DNA of 63,806 nucleotides, the filler included, from Choristocarpus tenellus KU-1152 (lineage: Eukaryota; Protista; Phaeophyceae): NCBI GenBank assembly GCA_964200185.2. It is 13 parts of 13 records of this genome, joined end to end, with 100 filler letters (N's around TTAATTAATTAA, not from the genome) between each part and the next. Parts side by side here need not be neighbours in the genome. Positions count along the whole stretch, not along the records: positions 37,482 to 41,075 come from CAXNAD020019060.1; positions 41,176 to 49,211 come from CAXNAD020005240.1; positions 49,312 to 53,978 come from CAXNAD020013544.1; 10 more parts are not named here. The stretch is one strand, 5' to 3'. Below, one piece after another: positions 37,749 through 51,140 of this stretch (positions are counted from its first letter, which is position 1; each line of letters starts with the position of its first letter). The translations under genes were made by a program, and so were the position numbers. The notes under the pieces were generated by a model. The model searched no databases. It saw only the letters and a list, made by a program, of their open reading frames with translations, and was not told the origin of the DNA.

Positions 37749-40700
37749 TAAAGTGTTGATATGTTTTTTTTTGTATTGACAAGTAAGAATATTATTTTTA
37801 TTGTTACATACTTGTTTGTGGTGTGGACCTTTGTTCACACACCAGTACTCCTTACATTTCTCTCATACTATTAAGTAAATCCTAGGAGTTTTTGTACCAC
37901 CTCTACTTTTGTGAGAAATTTTTGCAGGAAATTGACCTCGAAACTCTAATTAGTGGTGTTCATTAAATCCTACATATTTTGGGATCAAATTGATTTATTG
38001 GTTGAATATATCTCATCACATTTGTCAATACAATTTGTTTTTTGTAGAGTATGATTTCAAGCATCCAATAATACCATAATACATGAGGAAATATCCACTA
38101 AGATTTTAAGCATGTGAATGAGAAAAATATATATAGTAGCGACCAATCAAGGATGACGAAGTGTATGACGTCAGATCCTATGCTTTCAGATCATTGAGTA
38201 ATATTCAACTTCTCCATAGATGTAGTTCTCACACTCTCCTACTTTTTGATTGAGACTGTTGTTATAGTACTTCTGTTACCGTTCATTACAAGGTGGGGTT
38301 GGTAGGTTGACAACTTAGACCTTAAGTAGCAGAAGGGTGGGCTCATTGGGTGCTAGTCTGCAAAACCTTGTGAGTAGGTAAGCCTAGTTTGGTGGTCTGG
38401 TCGACCACCTCTTGCCTTTGGAGCCTTGTCTGGACTGGTACAGACAATGCGAAGAGGAGGAAGGTTAGATGGGAATGAGATGCCCCTTTGGAGAGGACCA
38501 GATGATGACAGAGGGGTCTTTTCTGGAGCGTGGTCGAGGAGATTGAACGTCCATAGCCTGCATCTCAAGCAGGCTCTGAGTGGAGGGTCTAGGTTCCGGC
38601 TGATAATCGAGGGGGTGGTGTGTATGCTTGTGGTGATTTTGATGCGGCAGGTGAGGAAGTATTTGGAAAAGAAAATTCGAATGGGAGAGTTGGTTGGTTG
38701 CTATTGTCGGGAGTGTTTTTGTTTCATTCGGATGTGTCATGCCCTTGGGGTCACCCCTCCCACCCCCATTGATCACCCTTGTGTTGAGACTTTGCAGGGC
38801 ATGCAAAAAGCAAGAGTAATTCTTCAATCCGCTCTAGTTCGACGCCCCTCTCCCAAATATTTTCTTAAAGGGCGTACAGGTCTTAACGATGATCGATTGG
38901 AAGTGGATAATACGTGAGCAGTGCTGTATTCCAGATTGTGTCGTTGCGAATTCTTGATGTTTGTCCAAAGTTGCAGAAGGCACAACCTGGAAGGAACAAT
39001 GGAGGTGTCAATTGGAACGCACTGTTTGTTCTCACTGGATAAGATCTGAAGCAGTTGCCACACTACCCCCATATCATTCCCATATTTGTGCTCCCGAAGT
39101 AGGCTGATAGTTACACATCACATATCAAAGGATGGGAAGTTGAAATTCAAGGTGTAGGGACTTTGCCCCTTTGTAACGACCTCCCTGTTCCCGCCTAACA
39201 ATACTCCTCTACCCTCGTTCACCTTTAGTTCCAGAACCACGCTTGCTCGGCTGCTCTCATGACCCTTGAGACAGAGTGTGGAAAGTCGCTGGATGTGTAT
39301 GCAAACCGCGCCAGAAGTACAACTCTCGAGCTTGAAAAGGAGGTACGGGTAAAAGTAATGGTTGATTATTCTTTCATTGACCCACAGCCTCAGTGCCACT
39401 ACTACCTTATCACAATCTGTGTCCGTGCCACTTATGATAATGCGATGTGGATTGTCTAGTGTCTCGCCTTCACACTTCTCACCAACTCCCACATTGTGGA
39501 ACCACCCTCAACTCTGGACTTTGTGCAGTATAAACAGTAGAGCGTAGTTGTGTGAGTGGTCTGTGCGACTTCTGATTTTGTACTACTCCTTGATAGGGGA
39601 AGGAATTTAATCTATGGGAGAGGTGGGGGGGGGGAGTTGCAGGTGGGTCGAATCAATGAATAGGGATTGATATGAAAGTAGATACGGGTGATAACGGTAA
39701 ATGTGTGTGTCCAGTGTGAATGACAAGTGTGGAGTTCGAAAGGGTTTCCTAAAAAGTAGGGATGCTACAATGGTGACATGCATGCACTCCAATGCGGAGT
39801 CATGCTCACGTTGGCCTCTTTCAAAAATCAATTGAGTTCATTTTCTTTTGGATCTACACAGGGGATATTTTTATAGGTTGTATGTGTGTAGACTAGCATA
39901 GTTTTTGTAAAGGTATGGTGGAGCGTATGCAATGAACATCGAAGATACAAGTGGTGATTGTTAAAAAAAAATGTGTATGTTTTGGCTGAGGAAACATTTG
40001 ATAAATCCGTTGCATTCTTAAAGCAATTTTTCTGTGTCATGGTTGCTGTTAATTGTTTATTTTTCTTCAGGATCTGACACTGCTTGTAGGCTGTAAGATC
40101 CGGACCTGTCTGGTCATCAGTTGATTGTAGTGTGTGTGTGCGTGATAATGATATTTTCTATTTTATATATTTCAGCATTTTTTCAGTGTAGTACTCTACA
40201 CGATAGAATAAAAAATAACTTTTTTATGTTGCATGTTTCATGTACGGCAATACACACTACTGCTGTTGAGATATCTGGACTTCTCACCAGACTGTTTAAA
40301 TCTAAAAGGTCCAGTAAATTATGTTTCAGCATTGCAGGTCTAGGGCCATAGGAACAGACTGTGGTCTTGGCCTGGGTTAGGACCTATTTTTATGGGGTTT
40401 GGACTGAGTTTTGTGGGTTTTTCGAAATCTTGAGCTAATGTTAAATTTGATTTCTACTCTGTAGCATGTCCTCAAGAGTATCCATGTGGTATAGATGGAA
40501 TTCTCACCAGAAAAAAGCGACGAAAACGCCTGCAAAGGTTTCAGAAACGTTTTTTGTTTGTTAATTTTTTGAGATGGTTATCGTGCCTGCTTGTATTGTA
40601 CACTGTATCATAGAGGAAAGGGCAACTCTGGATGGCGAGAGCATTGACATGCCCATCAAGACAATTGTTTATGTGTATGTATGTACTAAGTTTATTGAGT

Positions 40701-40885
40701 ACAGGTAACTGAGAAGACAATAATAAACAAATGTACCATGTGCTTATTATATATGTACACATAAATATTTATGTGTATGTATTTATGTGTATGTGTGTAC
40801 TGGTTAACTTGTGTTCACGTAGGTGAGAAGATAAGAATATAACAGCATATGTGTTCATTATATACATACATAAATATTGATGTAT

Positions 40886-41038
40886 GGCTCAAGGTATCTA
40901 GAGGGGGGGGGGATCTACACCAGGGTGTCCATTTGGGCCCTGGACAGGAGAAGGTGCAATTACATTATCCATCCCACACATGCAACCAAATCACATAAGA
41001 ATTGCGACATGGAAAAACGGGCCCCAAATGGACAGCCA

Positions 41039-41069
<31 letters not shown>

Positions 41070-41075
41070 CCCCAC
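40886..41075. mobile_element. MITE family B1 at contig end
   Basis: GGCTCAAGGTATCTAGAGGGGG...; interior matches 12840-13017. Confidence 0.85.
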
Positions 41076-44000
41076 NNNNNNNNNNNNNNNNNNNNNNNNN
41101 NNNNNNNNNNNNNNNNNNNTTAATTAATTAANNNNNNNNNNNNNNNNNNNNNNNNNNNNNNNNNNNNNNNNNNNNCCCCCCCCTGTTCATCCACCTTCAA
41201 GGTATCTTGCATCTCCAAAGTGTACTGTATGGTATTATTATTAGTGTGCAGTTGTGTGTAAATAATTGCAGCAGCAACATGGTATGATGAAGCTGCGATA
41301 GCAGTGCATGATGAAGAACAATCCTCATGTTGGGGGGTGGAGGGGTAGGGGTTTGGTATTGCCTTTTGGGCGTATGGCAGCAGTGCATGGTGCTAGAGCT
41401 TTCATCATAGTGGTAGTTAACAGGTAGGGCCGCATGGTTGTTGCAGATTGCTCTCATGACAGCTTTAATATTTTTAGTGTCCGGGGCTAGACTTGGGTGT
41501 TGCACTAAAATACAAATTGTAGTAGTGTTCCCCTTTAATGACACGTGGTGAAGAACGTTTTGATGGGTTGTACTCAGTATTCCTACTATCGAGGTTGGAA
41601 TTGTTGTGATGCTCTGGGGTGCATCCAGAACTGGTTGCAATGAAACTATCTTCCTTTCTTGCCACTTACGACGGGGTTAGGGTTAGGGTATATGATATCA
41701 TTCCCGAAGTGTTCCATATTTTGTGAAAGGTGAGTGTAACAATGTAGGACACGCACAAAATGCATTTTCACTATGATTTCGTTTCAGTCTTCAAAGTGCC
41801 GAGCAAATGTATTCATTAGGCTCAGTGTCCAATAGAGACAGACTGATGCTTGTTTTTGGAGCAATGCTGTGGAAGGTGCAGAGGCATTCTGCACGGCAGG
41901 GATGGCTGCAATTGATGGAGGGCGCTGACTGTATCAAGTGCCAATATATTTAGGGGAAAATTTGACTTCATACAAACAATATCATTTGATCGTCATCTGG
42001 CAGTTGAAGATAATCAAATAATAATGGATATGATAGTCCTGCTAGTACCTACAATGGTATGGATTTTGCACCTATGTTGTACTTTGGAGTTCCAAGTCTG
42101 GTTCAATTTCTTTCAAGGTGTGAGTTGAGGTCTTTGCCAACCTACCTTGGGCAATGTACTTGGTTGAATTGAATATGTGATGGGTGAGTGTTCTTGAAAG
42201 TAGAAGCAACACTAGGCACTATATCGGGATAGCGTATCCATGGGGATCACGCCTTGGAAGGCATCTCCGGCTTTGCCTGTGTCCTTTGGGTCTCGATTTG
42301 TTTGTAGCCTCTACTCCCTCGTCTTACTCTCGTACTTGGCATATTTATGACATATTTTTGACTTCGAGAACTGTAGTGGCTCTGCTCTTACTTGAGTTTT
42401 GAGGTGTAAACCCAGAGCTCTAGCGGATTGCTCTGACAGTTCCCATTTCGAAGCGGTATATTAATAGAGGCTAGCCGGTTGGTTCTGCAGACCTTCTAAC
42501 AATCCATGGCATTCTGGGATTGTGTTGGTGTTCTCTGTGTGTGCCAAGTGATCCTCTGGTTGTCAACAAGGGTTCAATATAGTAAAGGCATAGTTTGGGT
42601 GCAGGGCGAATGTATGTGTTCTCTGTTGATATTCTGCAGTGACAAATCTTTGACTTTTTGTGGCTTTGCGGGATACATTTGCTGAACACTGAATCATGAG
42701 TTGATGCTTTCCCAGGGTTTTTTTTGTAGTCCCCTGCAAATGTTAGCATTGTGCATGTGAAGACATCTTTGTGTCTGGATTTAAATTTGAAGTTTGTTTT
42801 TTCTGTATTTTAGATGTAATTAAAAAATATGTATGGCCATGCCGTGTCCTTGATTATTCCTTGGGTTAGCTTGGTTGCACTCCTTTTCTCGCCTGCTAAT
42901 GTAATGAGAGGATGGACTGAGGTAATTTTTTTTTTGGTGGGAAAAAAAAAAGAAAGCTGCTCCGGTTTTATGTGTACGTAGTTAGAAGTATATGCTCTGT
43001 ATGTATTTTTATCACTACAAACTATACATATACATACATATTATTACCGGTTGCATGCATCTCGTGGCGCACGTTCTGGAAATGAGGTCAGACTGAGTGC
43101 GTTGGAAAAGGGTGAGCGCCTCAGAAAATGCCACCTTCCTATAGCAAAACCTGAGTGTTTTGAGTGTTTTGAGCGTCAGAGTGCTATCCGAACAAAGTTC
43201 CTCATGGAGAAAGTGACACTGTGCCATTCTCAGGGAATGGGGGCTCTGATGTTGTGTTGAGCAATCCTCAACATGCATGAAATCGTGTGATTGTCTCATT
43301 GCACTATTACTGACAATCGCTAGGTTGTCCAACACGTGGACAATTGTGAACCTTGAAAAGCATTATGCTCAATGCTAGGCGTTACCAAAATATGGTTTAG
43401 AAATATTCAGCCTATGAAATCCGTTGTCCATGACACCGTTTGGGGGCTGGTTCCTCCACAACATTCAGTGCCTAGTTGCAATGCTTGCGTGTGTCTTTCC
43501 ACCATCCTGGACAGTGCTTTTTTTGGCACTCTTTGCTGTGCGCTGTGTCTTGTCCAGAATGATGTTTGGGACCTGTTTGCTCAATTGATAATCGCTGAAG
43601 CGGCTCATTCATGTATTAGTATTAGTATTATTATTGTTATTATATTCGTTGGCACCATTTTTTAATTCTTTTTACGGTCGAGAAAAGCGACGAGCGGGAG
43701 AGATTTGTCCAAAGAAATATATATATATTGTGAGAAATATTACAAAATAAAAATGTTTTGTGTCTCTGTTGTGGCTCTGTCGGGTTATCCATCGCCCGGG
43801 ATGGTGCTCGGGGCTGATTTATCTACAGTTGTGTGTTGCTTGGTGCACGCTTGAGTCAACTCAGCCCTTAACTTCTCTTGTCCAGGGACAAGGGTTGTGG
43901 TCATTTGGTCTCTAGTGCCCACCGTATAAGTTTTTTTTTTTTTTTTTTGGGGGGGGTTAAGTATAAAGCTGTACAGTTTAGATATAGACGGGTTTGTGGC

Positions 44001-44123
44001 GAGCGGGTTGTGTTTTCCGAGGTGTGGACTATTGTTTACATGTAGTGCTCTATTTTGAATAGCCTTGACATGCAAACATGCACACTTGCTTGCACTGGGT
44101 TGTTGTTGTTGTTGCTGATGTAG

Positions 44124-46779
44124 GAACCGGTATGATATGCAGCTGGGACGGCACAAGAATCGGAAGGAGGACCGTGGGGGATCTGTCAATGGCAGTGGTG
44201 GCAGTGGTGGCAGTAGTAGCAGTCAACAGCAAAATCGACCTGGTCCTCGTGGTCCTGGCTTGCAGGGTGGAGGGGGGGAACGTGGGTCAGGGCATGATCT
44301 GCCCTCCAGGGAGGTGAGCAAGGAGAGAGGGGGAGATAGGGAGAGAGAGCTCTACCATGCTCTAGTTTTTAACGTCCTTTCTGCCATTTGTAGCATTGAT
44401 GGGTCGGCTTGAGGATGGAGGCCAAGGACTCAGGGTGGTTTGTTGACGTTGGAGAAGGTGGTTCGTGTAGGATCTTTTGGAGAGTAGGTACGATCATGTC
44501 TTACGCAGTTGCCTCTTCATGGGTAACGGTAATATATGTGGTTCAGAGTGTAGTGGCATGTTATTGTAAGAGTAGAGTCAATGTTCAACTCCCTGGAGGG
44601 ACGTTCTGCCCACCAAGGGGTAGGGGTAATGCAGTGTCACAAAACTTCACTTTGCATTGCCGTTTTCATATCCTTGATGCTCCCTTCTCCCACAGTTGTG
44701 CACTTTTCTTGTTCTGTGTATGACATAAGTGGACTGGTGACTGGTAGCCTGTGGAAAGCGCATTTTTTAGTGCTCCCCCATGAGTGGTTTTTAATATTTT
44801 GTTGATATTTGTCTGACTGCAAGGGGTATACCTCATCTACTGTTCTCCCCATAGGAATTTTTCTCGAGAAGGAGGTTTGATCTCTTCAAGGTTGTCGCTT
44901 CATGCCAATAATCTTTATATATATTGGAGTCTACTGTACTGTCTCTGTTTGGAGTAGATTGTGGGCTTGTCTCAGAATGCAGTTGTGGTCAGGTCTTGTT
45001 GACTTTGTTACTTCAGTTATGTACTTGGATTGTTTCCTGTGACACCTCTTTCCCACAAGTTGCTTCAGTACAAGAGCAGTTTTGTTTCCCCTACTGGTGT
45101 TTATGACACTGTTTTTTCCCCCTGAGTGGCCCTGCTAGTCAAGATTTTAAGCTCAGGGGAGTACTTGTTAGGTCATTAGCCAACCCCAGTGTTCTGGACC
45201 CTGGGAAAGCTGTTGTGTCCTCACTCCTGATTTGACAAACTATAACAAAAATACTATTTTTTAGTTCATGTTTTTCAAGGTTGCATTTTGGTCAGTGTGG
45301 TTCACATCTCTGTTGGCACACAATGGTCTTCTCTCACATATTTTTTAGCAAAATTTTGGAAGATCAACATTCTGAAGATAAATTCCCCACCTGACCATGC
45401 AGCTACACCAGCGCCAACCTGGACCTGAAAATCCTAGTTTTCCTGACCCCATTATGGGACCAGGAGGGCCTGGTGGTCCAGGTGGACCAGGACCAATGTT
45501 GGGAGGGATGGGTGGACCTCATGGAGGACCAGGCGGTTGGGGCCCTGGGCCAGGGCCAGGGGGTCAGTTTCCACCTGGGTTTGGACCTGGGCCAGGTCCA
45601 GGAATGGGTCACGGTATGCCGCCCCCCTGGTTTGACGGCCCTCCTCACATGCCGATGGGGCCAGGCTTTGGCCCTGGCCCTGGGCAAGGCATGGCCCCTG
45701 GGCAAGGACTGGGGCAGGGACCAGGACCTGGGCCTGGGCCAGGTGGTGGGGGTTGGGGACCTCCGCCGCCAGGTTGGCGGCCTGATGGGTGGGGCGATAT
45801 GGGAGGAGAGAGGTGAGACAAAGGAAAGACTGTAATGGGTCGATACTAGTTTTATATCTCGCGTTGTTCCTACTGAGATCATAGCGATTTCATTGTTCAT
45901 CCTGAGTATCCTGCTGTTGGGAGGTGGTTGCAGGAAAGGCACCCTTAGTTTGTAGCATCAGTATATTGCTTCTTATGTGACTGACAGTGTGACTTTTTGT
46001 TGTTTGTGACTTGATCATGAAATATTTCAACGGAACAAATTTCCAGGCGCGACAGTGGGGGACCTTCAATGGACCAGAACAACCGGGAGCAAGGCAGAGG
46101 AGGGGGTAGTGGTGGAGGAGGAAGAGGTGGAGGTGCTGGTGCTGGCTGGGATAGAGATGCCAACAGGGATAGACAACCAGATAGAACCACAGGTAGGGAT
46201 CAAAGAAGTCGGGAGAAGGATAATGAAGGGGACAGAGACAAGGATAGGGATCGGAACCGTGGCAGGGGAAGGGACCGAGACCGAGACCGAGACCGCGACC
46301 GAGACCGAGACCGGGACCGAGACCGGGACCGGGACCGGGACCGAGACCGAGATCGTGATCGTGAGCGAGACCGTGAACGAGATTGGGAGAGGGATAGAGA
46401 GAGAGGTAAAAGCAAGATCAAGGAAAGAGATAAGGACAAGGATAAGGACAAGGACAAAGAGAAGGACAGAGATAGAGATAAAGACAAAGAGAAGGGCAAG
46501 GACAAGGATAAGGATAAGGGACGAGACCGGGACCGGGACAGGAATGGGAGGGATGGTAGTGGGCGAGTTTCTAAGGATGCAGGCAGGGGAAAGAGTGGGG
46601 AAAAGAGCAAAATTGATACAGGTGGGGAGAAGCAGAGCAAGGGGGATGCAGGAGGGAGCAAGGGAGATAAGGGGTCTACCAAGGCATATACGGGGGGCAA
46701 GGGAGATAGTGGGGGGAAGCGGAGCAGGGGAGATGATCGCCAAGATGGTGAACGTGACAAGGCTAAGCGGAAACGTTGA
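44124..46779 (+). CDS. Gly/Pro-rich, RD/KD-dipeptide-repeat protein (RS-like RNA-processing factor), last three exons
   Basis: Exons 44124-~44313, 45403-45812 and 46047-46779 splice in frame (phases 0 and 2): NRYDMQLG..., a GPG-rich block, a long (RD)n/(KD)n tract, and a C-terminal KRKR. The architecture resembles Fip1 or U1-70K-type tails, but no diagnostic domain is seen. Confidence 0.75.
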
Positions 46780-47411
46780 GTTTGATGTGTGCAAGTGTAG
46801 ATGCGATGTTGTGAGGGAATCTTTTGTTGAAGTGCTTGTGGAGGGGTATGAAGAAAGCAGTGGACTGTCTACCTGTGTCTTTGCTTGTGTGTTGACCAAG
46901 ACTAGGATTGACAAGACGACCCTTTTGTGTCTTGTGTGTGAAACTTTATTTGACAATCATAGGGTCCTTGAGTGGTTTTGTGGTGTGCATTTGCCCTGCT
47001 GTCTGTTTATATTGTACCTAGCATGCACTTCAAAGATGCGTTCCAATGTTTTATGTTCTTTTGGTGGGGAGACTTCCCCCTGATGGGAGTCACATAATCT
47101 TGTTGTAGTTCTTACACGTCCTGGCATGCAAGCATGCAGTATATAGCATACAGTAGTAGTATAACTCTAGTTATCAGAAATATTAAAATAGTACATTCAA
47201 TCAACATACTTCGTCCTTTGATGTTTGACTACCTCCCTCTACGTTTGTACAGGGGTGCTAGGAACAACCACCTTTCTCCAAAATATTGTCTGCCTCCTTT
47301 TCCTCGCTCACCTACCACACTTTCTATGTGATTTCAAAACAAGAATCGATTTTACTTCTCAGATAACTCCATCTCCCGTGATAATGTGTACCTCTGTGCC
47401 ACCCAATTGAC

Positions 47412-48858
47412 TCATGTAGTTGATAGCACTCTGCATTCTCCCATGGATTCCTCAACTTTGTATCCTGAGACAAGTACATGGGTCTTGCAAGTAGATTCCT
47501 GTGGATACACCGCCCAACCCTGGATCCTTCCCACAGTCAATGGAAGTTGCGTGGGACGTCCTCGACAACTTGGTGCGGAACAAGAAAAAAGACAGTAATC
47601 TTAAGTCTATTTTTTACTTGACCTCGTCTTGAGGAGTGTGTACACGGCCAACATCGAAATAGCCTGGAATACCACTGTAGGTGTAAACATGAATTGATTG
47701 TATCTGTTCACTATGATACAATACCCGCTAAGAACTATGGAGGAACTATGGAGGATTCCATGACAATTAAAGCAATGTGCACCGTCCTTTGTGATACTCT
47801 CTTAGTCCTTGGAGAGGCCAGCACCAGTTCCAGAATATCATCTTCTGGCAGGCAATATCCGTGTGTGGATGGATGCCTTCCTACTGTTGATATGATGGAC
47901 ACAAGTTTGTCGGTGATCACATTTGCCAGGTCATTCTTCATCGGTCGATTAGGCATACCGCACAACAATTTGTACGTCGTTTGTTGAACAACTGAGGGGG
48001 TCCCTTATTGTTTTCCTCCGGAGTGTGGGTGCAGGTAGATTGGCTATGGAGTCGGTGGACAATGGAAGACAGTAGTAGTAGTGATGTGATTGTGAGGCTG
48101 GGCGTACTGTTATCCCAGTCAACTGTCCAATCAAAATACCGGCGTTTTCGAGTGAACCTTATATAAATAGGTTCCTCCGTCCCTACTGATTCATGTGGGT
48201 GGGCACAGAGTCAAAGTAAACGAGAGGTACCTGGAGTTACATTTTAACGATGCTGAGAAGTATGTGGGAAGTTCGACTTTTTTTACAAATGTTTGCAGGA
48301 TACTTTCTGAACTGTGTCGGGAATTTTGGAAATAAGACCCACAATGTTCTAGAGGGTGGGTCAGGTGTCCACTCGGGGCCTGTGCGAACCTACCTGTAGT
48401 GATTTTCATGTTATCTAAGTGAACGTGTCAGATGTAAGGGCAGTTTCCTTCATCTGGACGCATCTTCCCTCTCCATCCTCCTACCTGAACCAAATCTGAA
48501 AGAAAAACACACCCAAAACGGGCATCAAACTGGGGTGTCTTAAACACCTCGTCTAGCCCCAAATGGACAACATGCCCCAAACACCCCCCCCTCTAGGATA
48601 CTATGGGTCTAATAGAGAAGTAAACGCTCTCAAGTCAACCTTAGAACTTCATCCAAAGAAATATGGGTGAATTGAAGAAGACTGAAAAACAAACTTTAAA
48701 TGCAAAACGCCCAAAACCTGATTACTTCTCGTTTACTTTGCCTCACAACACATGTGAGGTGGTAGAGGTCAAAAACTTCATCACTCATTGGCAGTACACG
48801 AAGGAACTTGCAACAGTCACTCCTGGTTCTGATGTGGACTGTACCATAGGGGTGTACC
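47412..48858 (-). CDS. Possible hypothetical multi-exon gene, tail-to-tail with the RD-repeat gene
   Basis: Coding-like segments at ~48858-48737, ~47990-47775 and ~47570-47412, with some plausible splice sites; no motif recognised. Confidence 0.25.
48336..48609. mobile_element. MITE, further interior type of the same TIR superfamily, 3-bp TSD TAA
   Basis: taa[GACCCACAATGTTCTAGAGGG...CCCCAAATGGAC...CCCTCTAGGATACTATGGGTC]taa. Confidence 0.75.
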
Positions 48859-49050
48859 TGTCTACCACCTGTTTGGTACTGATGCATTTTCTTTCATGTT
48901 TCTTTTTTGTTATTGTTATCCTTCCGATTTCTCTCCATTCATCGAGTATCCACCTTCATAATCACTATGGTATTGGAGATGATTCAGAAGGCAGTGTTGC
49001 ATCATACACATGTGGTGGGAGCCAATAACTTCATGGATGCTTAGCATTAT

Positions 49051-49211
49051 GGGTCAAAGTATCTGGGGGGAGGGGGGGGTGGTTTGTGACGGGGCGTCTG
49101 TTTTGGTCAAACAACTCTTTTTTTGCTGAAATTTCAAATCCGACACGTGCGACCAAATCACATCAAAAAAAGTGAAAATCGAAAAAAGGGTGAAAAACGG
49201 ACGCCGACCCC
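49051..49211. mobile_element. MITE family B2 at contig end
   Basis: GGGTCAAAGTATCTGGGGGG plus B2 interior up to the poly-C before the gap. Confidence 0.85.
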
Positions 49212-49336
49212 NNNNNNNNNNNNNNNNNNNNNNNNNNNNNNNNNNNNNNNNNNNNTTAATTAATTAANNNNNNNNNNNNNNNNNNNNNNNNNNNNNNNNN
49301 NNNNNNNNNNNATGAAGATTATGGCGTGACGGTGGG

Positions 49337-49501
49337 TGGGGGGGGGGGGGGGGGGGGGGTGGTTTGTGAGGGGGCATCCATTTCGGTAAAAAAAAAAAAT
49401 GCTGATATTTCAAATCCGACACATGCGACCAAGTCACACCAAAAAGTGAAAATCGAAAAAAGGGTGAAAAACGGACGCCCCCCCCCCAGATACTTTGACC
49501 C
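49337..49501. mobile_element. MITE family B2 abutting the 77-bp satellite
   Basis: B2 interior ending CCCCCCAGATACTTTGACCC. Confidence 0.82.
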
Positions 49502-49502
49502 G

Positions 49503-49820
49503 GGTAATACCAACATTTTCAGATTCAATGCCCTGTATTTATTTGCATTTCCGACTGTGTACACACCACCTGTCAGCAGTGGTATTACCAACATTTTCAG
49601 ATTCGATGCCCTGTATTCATTTGCATTTCCAACCTTGTACACACCACCTGTCAGCAGTGGTAATACCAACATTTTCAGATTCGATGCCTTGTATTCATTA
49701 CCTTTACAACCGTGTACACACCACCTGTCAATGTTGGTAACACCAGCATTTTCAAATTCAATACCCTGTATTTGTTACCTTTATAACCACGTACACACCA
49801 CCTATCTGCAGTGGTACCCT
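49503..49820. repeat. 77-bp satellite, ~4 units, reverse orientation relative to 36255-37345
   Basis: Reverse-complement match (CAACATTTTCAGATTCGATGCCCTGTATT...GTACACACCACCTGTCAGCAGTGGT). Confidence 0.88.
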
Positions 49821-51140
49821 GTAAACTGATTTGACAGTAGTAGACGAGTAATTAGAACGAAATTTACTGGACGTACATACTCCGTAAACTACTCCATAGC
49901 AAGTACTGTATCATCCAAACTATGACTCTTTATGAACGGGGTTTTGCTTTTGTGAATTGTGGACGTGAGGTAAGACTTACGATAAACCCAAAAGAATCGG
50001 TGGTTGTGATTGGTGTAGGAGCAGACTGTGGATATCAGTTTCGCCAATCCTTATATATGTGGCCTTCCATTTTCTACCAAATCCTTTCTCATATCCACAA
50101 CTTGCCAAAAGAAAAACCTGCTTAGATTTGGTCTATAGCAGTCTACAACACAGTCTATGAGTGCCTCGAACACTTCTTTCTTCTAGGCACACTGTATATC
50201 ACTCATATACCTCCTACTGTTGGCTAGTAAAACTACACACCTCTATCTATTTGCAAAATTCAAGTGGAGCAGCAGGAACGATTCTTTGCTGCCCATATTA
50301 TGAGAGTACAATCATCTTGCTGCTATTTTGAGCAAAGGCCTCATTAGACCAAGTATGTCACTACTACTAAGGGGCATAGGTGCTTTCTGCTGCCGGCAAG
50401 CAGGCAATCTCCCACTAGAAAAATGCTGACTGTCTCTGAGCGTAGTTCGAATAGAAAACAATACTGATAAAATAATGATTGCAGGCACAATCATCGATCA
50501 AACCTCCATATACGTGACAACATGTTCTGAACGTGAGTCAAAGTAGACAAGAGGTACCCAGGGTTGCATAGTAAGGGTTTTGACAAAAACATGTAAAATT
50601 CAGCTTTTGTACAAATGAATCAACAAAAGAGAATCAACGCTCTCATCAAGCCAAACTTAGAATGCCATCCATAGAAACAAGGATGAGTTGCAAACTTAGA
50701 AATTGGTCTGAAATGAAAAACGACCAAAAACCCGGTCACCTTTCGTATACTTTGGCTCCCTATTGTGATTATTTATTAGTGTGATCTTCCTTCCGAGAGA
50801 GGTGTATGAAGAATAGGATTAGGGTTACACACTACTATACCGTACAAAAACTTATTCTGAGTATTCTACATTTTATTTGGATGTTGGTGTATATGTGTGA
50901 AAAATTCGATTAATAGGTAGTGGTTGGAACTAGTAGTACTTGTACTACTGTATATATTTCTGTTCAGTATGCTCTCTATTTGTAAGAAATGAGGATATAA
51001 TCTCGAGTATGTTGAAATGGTGCCAGATCCTCCCACTCTAGCATGAGAAGTGAAGTCGAATTCTGATTGCGTTTTTTTTTTTTTATATTTTAGTTGAAAC
51101 GTTCAGTGTCTCTTGCAGGGAGGAGCAGGAAGACTAGAAC

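Noticed and set aside
38353-39547. Cluster of 60-160 aa ORFs
   Set aside because: No recognisable motif or consistent splice chain; probably decayed TE sequence that cannot be classified by eye.
46066-46956. Antisense SR-protein and hydrophobic ORFs
   Set aside because: Shadows of the RD-repeat exon; splice-phase evidence supports the + strand.
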